From assembly GCF_009914755.1 (NCBI RefSeq), contig NC_060934.1: 64,000 nt of DNA. One strand, 5' to 3'. Positions 45,401-58,375 of this stretch are shown one piece after another (positions within the stretch are counted from its first letter, which is position 1; each line of letters starts with the position of its first letter). The translations under genes were made by a program, and so were the position numbers. The notes under the pieces are model-generated. The model saw only the letters and a program-made list of their open reading frames with translations, made no database searches and was not told the DNA's origin. This DNA comes from the human T2T-CHM13v2.0 reference genome, Homo sapiens.

Positions 45401-46847
45401 CCTACACAGTGACACCACATGTAATTGGGAATTAGATGTCTGTATTAAAAACTCACTATCTTCTTCATTAAAATATAGGAGATGTACTGCTTACTTATTA
45501 TCAAAAAAGTTCATTTTATGTTTATTCATATATTAGAATTTCTATAAAGCAGGTGAATTCGCTAAGGCCATTTCATTGTACGTTTCTTATCAAATTTGAA
45601 AAAAGTTACATAATTGGAAGCTTAGTTGAGCATAATATACCACTCTATATTTATGCTTGCAAATTTAGACTATTTCACAGTGGATATAAGTGATCAGTCT
45701 TGAATATGGAGGCAATATAAGGCAAAGAATATGAAGCCTTTAAAAGGGAAAGTTTACAATGGCAGTGATACCAACACAGCAAGTGACTGAGTGAATAATT
45801 AGGACTAGTCAATCTGTATGCTAAAAATGTAAGAATGTTATATTAAATAAGATATTTTTATTGGATTGTACTCCAAAATGGACAAACATCCAATAGTAGA
45901 GCTGATGCAAAAATTAGTTTTCCACCAACCATTAAACAGATCAATGATCTATTAACTAAGTCTTGCTAGCAATGAAATTTCATTATAATCTGTGACCTGC
46001 ATTTTGGACATCCTACTGACAAAGTTTAGCTTTGAATGAAATAGTTATTTTTTTATATAACCAACACTGATAAGTTTGTTCCTAGTTGACAAGCATATTA
46101 TATCAAAGTGATTTTGTCCTTTAAATCAAAGACTATTTCAGCTTTGTGTATGTTCAATATCCTTACATAATGAATAATTATATTCAGCTTATTTTGTAAT
46201 ACTTTTGTAGCCAAAACTTCACAAGAGACTCAGATGATTTTTAGTAAATCTCCACACTTAAGATAAAATATTATAAAGCCCTTTCTGTCAAAACACATTT
46301 TCAAAGTTATTTCCATAGCAGTGCAAATCTTTTCATTCTCTCCCTCCTCCACCCACATGCAATGTCCTCAACAAAGTCAGCAGGAGTTCACACATACACA
46401 TGCAAATTGTTAGAGAACTACAGGCAAGATGGGGTTGGAATAGTTTATGAATAGTAGCATTATTCTAATTCTTAAATTAAAAGATTAGAGAAAGTTTATA
46501 AAAATATGGAGAATGATTTAATACAATTGCAATAATCACTTTCATATATATAACATTTTCTTCTTACGACAAACTTCTTCAGGATAGGGAGAAATATCAG
46601 ACCTTATTAATAAAGGAAAAAAAACGTATTATTGGAAAAATATTCAACCAGTCATACAAATGTTAGGAAGACTATCCAATCTGTGTGTATTTTCTATAAT
46701 GCTAATGAAGCAACATATGGAATTTCCTTTCCATAACTTTGAGCTAAAATACCTGTCCTAGTATTAAGACCTACTCTAAGGAGCAGTAGAAAAACAGAAG
46801 TTCAATTAGAACTGGGGCTTGAGAAGGCAGAGAAGGTTGAGCAAAGG

Positions 46848-47187
<340 letters not shown>

Positions 47188-47449
47188 ACAGCAAAAGTTT
47201 TAAATAAATTTTACCACATATTAGTGAAAAAAGTAGACTTAAATAAAGTCAAGGAAAAGATGAAGAAAGGAGGTAAGCTAAGATTAAAAATAAGAGCTGT
47301 GTGACATTTGGATAAACATATGTTAAGTTTTCTTTGATAAGGTTAATAAACCACTAAGCTAATTACAAATACTAGAGAAATTGTACATTTTCAATTTTCC
47401 CACCACAATATGTATCTGTATTATATATTAATAAAAATAAATTTTATTA

Positions 47450-48402
47450 GGCAAAGGACACCCTGTTTAATAAATGGTGCTGGGAAAACTGGCTAATCAC
47501 ATATGGCAGAATGAAATTGGATCTCTATCTCTCACCATGTAAAAAATCAACTGTAGATGTATCAAAGGCTTTAAGACCAAAACCATAAAAATTCTCGAAG
47601 ATAACTTAGGAAAACCTCTTTTGGCATTGACCTAGACAAAGAATTCATGACTAAGACCCCCAAAGCAAATGCAACAAAAACAAAAATAAATGAGACCTAA
47701 TTAAGCTAAAAATCTTCTGTACAACAAAAGAAACAGTCATCAAGGTAAACAGGCAAACCACAGAATGGGAGAAAATATTTACCAAGTATGCATCTGACAA
47801 TGCACTAATGCAAGGAACTCAAACAAATGAGCAAGAATAAAAGAAATAACTCCATCAAAAAGTGAGCAAATAACATGAACAGACATTTCTTGAAAGCAGA
47901 AGATATATACATGGTCAATAATGTTCAATATCACTAATCATCAGGGAAACACAAATTAAAACCTCAATGAGATACCACCTTACTCCTGCAATAATGGCCA
48001 TTATTAAAAAGTCAAAAAACAACAGATAGTGGCATGGATGTGGTAAAAAGGGAATGCTTATACACTGCTGGTGGGAATGTAAATTAGTACAACCTCTATG
48101 GAAAACAGTATGGATATTTCTTAAAGAACTAAAAGTAGATCTACAATTTGATCCAGAAATCCCACTATTATTTATCCAGAGGAAAAAAAAAGTCATTATA
48201 TCAAAAACACACCTGCACATGTATGTTTATTGCAGCCCAATTCACAATTGCAAAGACACGGAACCAACTTAGGTGCCCACTGACAAATGAGTGGATAAAT
48301 AAAATGTGGTATATATACACCATGGAATACTACTTGGTCATTAAAAAGAACAAAATAATGTCTTTTCAGCAACTTGGATGGAGCTGGAGGCCATTATTCT
48401 AA
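47450..48402 (+). mobile_element. L1PB/L1MA ORF2 3' fragment
   Basis: ORF remnant [36 protein letters not shown]. Confidence 0.88.
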
Positions 48403-48409
48403 GTCCATG

Positions 48410-48910
48410 TGCTGCACACCAGTCAGAGCGATTACATAAAATGTAAGTTAACATTATGCTGCTTCTCAGCTCAAAACCCTCCAAGAACTCCCCTTTTCTC
48501 ATTATATAAAGTCAACGTCCTTACATGACCTGGCCTAATCCAATCTTTCTGGCCTCAGCTCACACAATTTTACCCCTTGGTCACTCAGGCAGCTGCACTG
48601 GCCTCTTCACTGTTCCAAGCTATTTGCTTTGCTTAGACTTCTTTCCTGCAGATATTTCCATGCTTTAATTCTTTACCTACTTAAAGTCTTTCTCAAACGT
48701 TACCTTAAATAAACCCACCCTTATTCCATAATACAACACATTTTTGCTTGCTTACTATGCTATCATTTATTGCCTATTTTTCCTTACTAGAATGTAAGGT
48801 AAAAGACAACAGAAAATGTTTTTATGTGTATCTTTTATTGTTGCTGTATCCCCAAATTCAACAAATAGTGCCTTTCGTATAATAGATACCTAAAATATAT
48901 TTTAGTAAAT
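48410..48910 (+). mobile_element. L2 3' fragment
   Basis: ctcaaaaccctccaa...cactggcctc...ctagaatgtaag...gctgtatcccca. Confidence 0.65.
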
Positions 48911-50031
48911 GAAGAAAATATAAAGAAAATATACAAAAAATAACACTTATGAACACTTTGGGAAGATTTCATTTTGAGAGAGTAGTGCAGGTGTATGCAA
49001 TGCACTACAATGTTTATATCACTTAAAATATTTGTGACACATTCCATTTGATCTTCAGATAAAATAATAAGTTATAAGTGGTTTAGAGGTAGTCATCTGT
49101 CTAAAAAAAATCTATACAATATTATATCTTGGGATCACTCATTTTTCTGTTGTCCTCTAAGGAAGAACTTTAGATAAGAACTGAATATAGGAATCTTCCC
49201 CAGTCAAACACGAGAGAGTTTAGTTTTCAGGCAGTTTGCATGAAGTTTAGTTTTCATGAGTTGAAGTTGCATGAGTTGAAGTTGCATGAGTTTAGTTTTC
49301 AGGAAGTATACATACAGCATTTGAAAAGTTTTCTATTTAAATAGATCAAATGCTCACAGCTACTCCTATTCTGTCTATGCCATTCAAGTTATCTGTGTAC
49401 ATCAATGTTTCTTTTTTGAAACAAACAGTTTTGGAGCTACTATAAGTATAATAAGTATGTATTTTATATTGGATGTTGCGTGCTTGTGGTGAAAAAATAA
49501 GTCTTTAACATTGGACAAAGCTGAGATTAAATTCAGTTCTTCTCTTTACAAGTTGTATAGCCTTGAGCATGTTGCTTAACTTCTTTGAATCTTTAGTTGA
49601 CTAAATGTGATTTGGGGGTGGTGCTATCACCCACCACTTTATTGAAAAGATTAAATAAGATAATGCTTATAATATACAGTGGAGTTAGACAGTGACTGGA
49701 ACAAGAAACAATCCATAATATTACTGATCATAACTAAAATTTATTGAGCATTTATATTTCAAACAGTCTCATAAGTGCCTTATGATAATACATATATATA
49801 AGATGTAAAAGGTACATATTATCTTATATACTTATATAATACTTGTAAGGTAATACTTTCACTCAAGCATCTCTGTAAACAGAGGAGGGAGAATTAATCC
49901 ACAGTTTGTACAGGGCTTACAACTCCACACAGAATTTGCTGATTCTCTTTCCTATTTCCCTCAGATTCAAGAATGAACTGCACTGTCTTGAATTCCAGAG
50001 CAATTAAATAATATTTCTCTACCTTTTAGGT

Positions 50032-50332
<301 letters not shown>

Positions 50333-53300
50333 TATTTTTATTTATGTATTTTTTAAGATGCTAAGAGAGTTCGTTCGTTCTTCATTTTTCCTTTGTTGTC
50401 TTTGCAAAGACATTGTCATTTAGCTCCCTTACTCGAGGAGAGGGAGCTTCTGGTTTCCGAATTCAGTGCACACGAACTCCAAAATCAAGAAACAAAATCT
50501 TCCCCAAACTGTTTGGGGTGGCTGTGGTTACGGGCAGCAATCACAGGTGTAGGCTGGTATGAAATCCAAGTGAGGGAGGATAAAGACAGGCCTGAAGTAT
50601 ACTTCAGGATGTAAAGCAAAACAATAGACAGAACAAAGGGCCTCTGAAATGTAGAGGCCTCTCCTGCTTGAGTGCCCAAGGAAAACACTGAATAATAATT
50701 TGGGGAAATGAATCCACGCATAACAGTAAAACTTGAAAACACTGCACAAGAAAACTGCTCCAGCACTGTTGAATGGAAACACAAAAGGGACAAGAAAGCT
50801 GAGAGGCTGACCTGTATATATTATAAGCATGGGCCTTTTCAAAGAGGTATGTAAATGCTTTGAAGCTACACACAGCAAAGGAAGAATAAATTTCTCCATG
50901 GACAGTCAGAAGCTGGCTAAAACTAAAGTAAAGGGAAAAATAAACAGAAAGAAAGTGAGGTGACAGAGCTTCAATCCCGATCAGAAGAGTGACACTAATT
51001 ACAAAATATATGAACTCTGACTAGGTATCAGCCACTATTTTACTATATACCTATACCTATATTTGTGTGTATATCTATATGCATTATGTCATTTGATCCT
51101 CAGACAACTCTGTAAGAGTGCAATTACTACCTACTTTACAGGGATTCTGAAATTGAAGCTTAAAATTATTAGTATGAGGCCTAAGGTTACTCAGCTATTT
51201 AATGTAAAAACAGCATTTAAACTCAAACATACATTATGTCTAAGTTCCTTCTCAATTACCATGCTGTGTTTTTAAGAAAGTGTCTTTCCAGTTCCTGTTG
51301 GAATTATTGCCAGAGCCCTACTAGCAGCAGCCATTCTTACCAGCCTGAAAGAGAATATTCCATTCTGCTGTTTTCAGCAATTTGTTGTTCATGACCACGT
51401 AATGTTTACACATGGCCAATTAATTACATATCATATCTTTCTATGCCAAAAATGTGAATCCATTTAAAAAAAGAGTTGAACTTTATTGTTATTTTATTTT
51501 TGTGTACCCCCCCCCTCCACTAATCTCTTTCTCTAAAGCAATCAGGAAAATATTACATTAGTTATCTTCAGATTATACGGCAATATCAAAGCTATCAGGA
51601 GAATTTAACTACAGAGGATAGACATATAAACAGTTTCTGTTACAAGGTTTCCTCTCTTGTTGGCCAAATCTCTTCCTGGAATATACTGCAATATCACATT
51701 TGGTTTGGCATTTAAATTTGTAGGGAGAATGCAAGGAATATGTGTTGGTTATATGTATGGTGAACATAAAATGTATAATTCTACCTGAAAGTTTTAGAGA
51801 GTAAACTGCTGGACAGAACATCTACTCAATACATGTATATTGAGACTATTCTTGGAAAACTGAGACCATTTGCCTGGTTATGTGTTGCTTCATCTCTTAG
51901 GAAGTGTGAAGAGTTTTAGACACATTTTAACATTTTTGTACTTTTCCTGGCAAGTCACGGATGTATCTTTCCAATGTCAGCTACTTATTTATAGCCCAGC
52001 AATGCACTAGATCCCTGAAAATGACAGACTGGTTTGTTCAAAATGAAAGGAAAGTTGAGTGCTGGGTGGTTGTGTCCTATTTGATAGGAAATTAAAACAT
52101 ATCTTTGCAGATAACTCAAGCCTTTCCTTCTCTGCTAAGTGAAAACAATCATTAAAGTTCTCTCCTCTACTTATAAAATGGTCTGAGCTTTCCAGTGTGT
52201 ACCAGGTTCACAAAACTCAAAGACATAATTACCTTCCCCTCTCCCTCCAATTCACCTACAGATGTGAGCTTTATGCTCTTTCTCTCTTAAACTAGGGACT
52301 TTTACGTATTTCATATATTGTTAGCCACTCAAAAGAAAGCCTTCATTCATGTGCCTCCATTATTACTTTAGTAATATGTGTATTTTTGAAAATTTAGATT
52401 TCTTGGTATTACCTACCATACCCAAGTTTTATCAAAAATGGAGAAAAGCAGTCAAGTCTTATGTTTATGTAAGTCATGTGAACACTTTAAAGGCAAGGGA
52501 GTTTATTTTGTGAATAACTTATGTCTCCTCAATATGCACGTGTCAGTGAATATTGTTGAATGGATAAATTAATTATTTGTTGAATATTAATGGTTGAAAT
52601 TGAGAGGGTCTTGAATTATCTAATAACCATCATTTTTAGCAAAGGTATCTGAGGCAAATTCACACTCATAATGCTCTAATCCCCATTCCAGTATCTTTCA
52701 AATTCTTTTTTACTGGGGAAAAAAACTATGTATTTGAAATACCTAAATTAATGTGTTGCTTAAAAACTCAACCATATTGATCCATGACATCTTCTGAGAC
52801 CTAGATGGGTGGATCAATTTATTTTATGGCAACCCATGAACAGCTGTCCACAATAATTTCTAATGAGTTCATTTGATTCTGACACACAATGTCTTGACCT
52901 CATGATCTGGGCCCATCTGTGAGAATGGCAGGAAGCCCTCAAGCAAGGTGGCAGGCCACAGGCCATCTGCAGCCTGGCACAGGTAGGAGGGTGGGTGGAG
53001 TGGAGCTGGCAGAACGATGTTGCCACCAAGCCAAGTCCTTTCATAGCGGCAGCTTGGCCACCTCTCAAATTTGCCTTTTTAATACATTTATTTTTTATTT
53101 TTATTTTTTACTTTTATTCGTGACCAGTAACAACCAGGGAAAAATAAAAGAGTGTAAAATAAAATCTAGTGAAGGCTGTGAAATAAAAGGAACTAAAACT
53201 CACCAAAATGTAGACTGGGTTGCGATTAAGAACTAAAGAAAAAAAAAGGCACTAAAAATAATTATCATGGCCATAGAGTGCTGGAGCTACAGGATAACTT

Positions 53301-53704
53301 AGAGAAAAAGTTCTACTTCTGTATTAGACAAAACTGAGGTCCACAGAGAAATGCTGTATTTATGTACAGCAATAAATCCACAAAACTCCATATCTTTATA
53401 TTACTACAAAGTGAGTCCCAAGAAGGTAAGGATTATCTATTTTGTTCAAGGAAGTATCTCTGAACTTACAATAATGCCTTAAACGTAGTAGCCATTTATT
53501 AAATGCGTGTGAATAAATCTCAAAGGTTTTTGTTGTTGAAGTCAGTGTAACACATTTTTAAGATATTAAAGTCAGAGTCAAACAGATATGGTATGAATGC
53601 TGATTATTACCTACTAGACATGTAATTCAGGGCTAGCAAGTGTTTTGATTGGATGGAGAAGGAACAAAGCCTTGGATAGAGTTAATCCACATATTATATC
53701 CTGC

Positions 53705-53892
53705 AAGGAAGAAAGGAAGAGAGAAAGGGAGGGAGGGAGAGAGGAAGTGAGGGGAGAGGGAAAGAGGAGGGAGGAAGGAAGAAGGATGAGAGAAGAAAGA
53801 GGGTAGAAAGGTGAAAGTAAAAAGGGGAAAACAAGGAAAAGGGAAAGAAGAAGAAACGAAAGAATATGAAAGAAAAATAAGAAGGAAGGAGA
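53705..53892 (+). repeat. GA-rich polypurine low-complexity tract
   Basis: Direct reading of the sequence. Confidence 0.85.
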
Positions 53893-54725
53893 GGTCAACA
53901 ACCCTATAAAAAGATGTTCAACACTAGTGCCATTAGAAAAATGCAAATTATAACCACAATAAGATGGCACTTTATACGCATTAGGATGGCTATTATTTAA
54001 AAAATCACACACCAAAACCAGAAAATATGAAGTGTTTGTGAGGCTGTAAAGAAATTAGAAGCTTTGTGCACCACAAGAGGAAATGTGAAATGTTGCAGCC
54101 ACTGTGGAAAACACTTTGGTGGTTCCTCAAAAAGTTAAACATGGGACTTCCATATGATCCAGCAATTTCATTTCTAGGTGCATACGAAAAGGAATTGACA
54201 GATACTTGTACACCTGTGTCCCAGTGTTCTTCACATTATTCACAATCGCTAACAGGTAGAAATAACCCAAGTGATCATCAGCAGAAGCATGGTAAGCAAA
54301 ATATGACACACGGATACAACGGAATATTAGTCAATCTTAAAAGGAATAAAATTTTGATAAATTCTACAACATGATTGAACCTTGAAAACAGTATGCTAAG
54401 TGAAATAAGTCAGACACAGATGAACATATCATGTGGTTCCACTTATATTAAGTACCTAAAGCATTCAAATTCAAAGAGAAAGAAGGTAAAATAGAGGTTA
54501 CTAGAGGCAAGAGGGTCTTCCAGAGGAAGGGGGAAATGGTGAGTTATTGCTTAATGGGTAAAGAGTTTCTGCTTGAGATGATGAAAAGCTTTGGAGATGA
54601 ATAGTAACAATGGTTGTACAACACCATTAATGTACTTAAAGCCATTGAATTATCCAATTAAATATGGTTAAAATGGCTAGTTTTATGTTACGTGTATTTT
54701 ATCACAATAAATACATTAAAAAGAA
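53893..54725 (+). mobile_element. L1MB/MC-type 3' end
   Basis: ORF remnant LQPLWKTLWWFLKKLNMGLPYDPAIS. 3'UTR gagttattgcttaatgggt...aaaatggctagttttatgtta. Confidence 0.85.
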
Positions 54726-55630
54726 AAGAGAGCTAATATACAACTAATGAACAATTAGGAGGAAAAAAAATTAATGGACAGTGCTTTGTTGCCTAACCAG
54801 TTTTTATTCCCTCACTTTTCTTATATCTCTTACATTTACCACTGGATGATACTAAAAGGAAATGAGGATAATTTCATCCAAATTGCCAGAATGATAGTTT
54901 AAGAGATTTTAAAGCAGGTACAAGTCAATTAGATCATTGAATTGCTCTGGCCATATAATTTTCTAATAATGTTAAAATTGAGAATTTGTTGTTGATACTT
55001 ATTCAAAGCAAATTTCTACTGTTCTCCAGTTGTAAGTGAGAAGAACATACATAAATCTAATGGCAGGCACTTTACAACCACAAGGAAGGCATCCTTAGAA
55101 TGACTCAGCCACATGGAGACGGGTATATCTTAGGAAAACAAATCTCAAATTAAAATGGAGCTGGCATCTTGATAGAAAGCTACCTGGATCCTACACTGCC
55201 TCTAGTCTTGTTTAAACAATAATGACATGGTTTTCAATTATTTTTCAGGCAAAATAATTATATTAGAAAATTAGAAATACCGAATAAGTCTTTCCTTAGA
55301 CTAGCTCTCCTCATTCGTGCATTTTTATAAAAATGTTTGAAAAAATAATGAGATTTCCACAAAGATATCCCCTAACACTGTAAATCTATAATTCCTTCAA
55401 CTATAATCTAAGGCCTGAACGGTCCTCTTCTTGGCCTCAGAGATTTTTGATATCCCTACATAAAAAGACAAAGTAACTTAGGAAAGGCGATGGTTTATTT
55501 GTAAAACTGCTTAATAACAGCTGCATGATCATATGCTGAACATCTTCATCATTAGATTAGGTGATCTCTTTTGCAAATAAAGCTTTTTTATTTTCTTATT
55601 CAAGGACCAACCTAGATTGATCTCCTGTAG

Positions 55631-55938
<308 letters not shown>

Positions 55939-56063
55939 GATCTCCTGTAGTTTTAACAAACGAACTCATATGAAAAATTATGGAATGTCTCTGACTTTCT
56001 TGGAAATGTCAATTAAGATGGTGTCTAAATGATCTTTCTAAATGTATGGAGTATTTCAACAAA

Positions 56064-56976
56064 CAGACCAAGATGTCTTTTTTTTTTTCTTGTTTTTTAA
56101 TTTTTTATTATACTTTAAGTTTTAGGGTACATGTGCACATTGTGCAGGTTAGTTACATATGTATACATGTGCCATGCTGGTGCACTGCACCCACTAACTC
56201 GTCCTCTAGCATTAGGTATATCTCCCAATGCTATCCCTCCCCCCTCCCCCCACCCCACAACAGTCCCCAGAGTGTGATGTTCCCCTTCCTGTGTCCATGT
56301 GTTCTCATTGTTCAATTCCCACCTATGAGTGAGAATGTGCAGTGTTTGGTTTTTTGTTCTTGCGATAGTTTACTGAGAATGATGTTTTCCAATTTCATCC
56401 ATGTCCCTACAAAGGACATGAACTCATCATTTTTTACGGCTGCATAGTATTCCATGGTGTATATGTGCCACATTTTCTTCATCCAGTCTATCATTGTTGG
56501 ACATTTGGGTTGGTTCCAAATCTTTGCTATTGTGAATAATGCCGCAATAAACATACATGTGCATGTGTCTTTATAGCAGCATGATTTATAGTCCTTTGGG
56601 TATATACCCAGTAATGGGATGGCTGGGTCAAATGGTATTTCTAGCTCTAGATCCCTGAGGAATCGCCACACTGACTTCCACAATGGTTGAACTAGTTTAC
56701 AGTCCCACCAACAGTATAAAAGTGTTCCTATTTCTCCACTTCCTCTCCAGCACCTGTTGTTTCCTGACTTTTTAATGATTGCCATTCTAACTGGTGTGAG
56801 ATGGTATCTAATGAACTCAAACAAATTTACAAGAAAAAAACAAACAACCCCATCAAAAAGTGGGTGAAGGACATGAACAGACACTTCTCAAAAGAAGACA
56901 TTTATGCAGCCAAAAAACACATGAAAAAATGCTCATCATCACTGGCCATCAGAGAAATGCAGACCAAGATGTCTTT
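56064..56976 (-). mobile_element. 5'-truncated, 5'-inverted (twin-primed) L1PA2/L1PA3 insertion, including TSDs
   Basis: Minus-strand 3' end at 56081-56809 (GAG diagnostic) and a plus-strand inverted piece at 56810-56961. TSD CAGACCAAGATGTCTTT at 56064-56080 and 56960-56976. Confidence 0.95.
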
Positions 56977-57222
56977 CTAAATAACAATATAATAGGATGA
57001 AAAAGCATAGCTGGCATAAAGCTTCCTGGGGTATGAGCTTCCATCTCTTTCTCAGCTTCTAATTAGCATGTGATACTATCACTCCCCAACTTACAGGGCA
57101 TGAAAAATAACACTGACTTTATATATACATGTGTACTGCATGAATACATGTATACACACATACATAAATACATACATCACATAAAGTGCATGTATATGTA
57201 AAATAAACCTCCTCCCTTCCAG

Positions 57223-57361
57223 ATCTATTCTGAGAGTGGAATTTTCAAGCAAGAGCTTAGATGGAAGAAAAGCATACATGGTCAACTTATCAATTTGGAG
57301 GATCCTTGGGGACACTAAATCTTCTGTTACCATGAGAAGGAAGATCCTTATATACCCAAAG
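57223..57361 (+). other. Candidate internal exon (139 bp) of an unidentified, probably non-coding transcript
   Basis: Acceptor CCTCCTCCCTTCCAG|A and perfect donor AAG|GTAAGT in non-repeat sequence. Confidence 0.35.
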
Positions 57362-57719
57362 GTAAGTCTGACCGTCATGATAAAATGCAATGTTGTACTT
57401 ACACATAGGTCAAATAAAGTATTTTCCCACTTGAATCCACTTCAAAAGAACAAGAGAGTTCTGCTTATTCAAATGTACTTTCTCAATGGCCTACTGTTGC
57501 ACAGAATATCCAGAGGATACAAATTTCCATTTACCAGTATAGAACCCCTAAAGTATAAACAGACCTCTATGAAAGGAGTAATATTATATCATTTATTGAA
57601 ATTTGCACTTTAGAAAAATACCTGGAGCCAGAATATTACCTGAGAGTGTGTTTTAATTGTGAAGGGCTTAGTAACAGAGAACATTGCATGAAGACAAAAT
57701 GATGGCTTTTCAAACAACA

Positions 57720-58032
57720 ATTTTTTTTTTTTTTTTTTGAGACGAGGTCTTGCTCTGTTGTCTGGCTTGGCATGCTGTGGTGCGATCTTGACTCACTACA
57801 ATCTTGGCATTCCAGGCTCAAACGATCCTCCCACCTCAGCCTCTCCAGTAGTTGGGTCAACAGGTGCATGACACCACTTTGAGCTAATTTTTGCATTTTT
57901 TTTTTTTTTTTTTGAAGAGACAGGGTTTCTCCATGTTGCCCAGGCTGGTCTCAAACTCCTGGGCTCAAGTGATCTGCCCGCCTCAACCTCCCAAAGTGCT
58001 GGGACTACAGGCGTGAACCTCCGTGTCTTGCC
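57720..58032 (-). mobile_element. Alu (AluJ-type)
   Basis: Antisense dimer with CTCAAACGATCCTCCCACCTCAGC and CTCCTGGGCTCAAGTGATC. Confidence 0.92.
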
Positions 58033-58056
58033 AGGCAATCTTAAGAACTGACTTTG

Positions 58057-58375
58057 GGCTGGGCGCAGTGGCTCACGTCTGTACTCCCAACACTTTGGGA
58101 GGCTGAGGCAGGTGGATCACCTGAGGTCGGGAGTTCAAGACCACCCTGACCAACATGGATGAATCCTGTCTCTACTAAAAAAACAAAATTAGATGGGCAT
58201 GGTGGCACATGCCTATAATCCCAGATACTCAGGAGGCTGAGGCAGGAGAATCACTTGAACCCAGGGAGGCAGAAGTTGCAGTGAGCCGAGATCACGCCAT
58301 TGCACTCCAGCTTGAGCAATAAGAGCAAAACTCAATCTCAAACAAAAAACAAAAAACAAACAAACGAACAAAAAC
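58057..58375 (+). mobile_element. Alu (AluSp/Sq-type)
   Basis: GAGGTCGGGAGTTC, CCTGACCAACATGG and GCAATAAGAGCAAAACTC. Confidence 0.92.

Noticed and set aside
56312-56884. 190-aa ORF with a novel N-terminus
   Set aside because: Artefact of the L1 twin-priming inversion joining antisense and sense ORF2 text.
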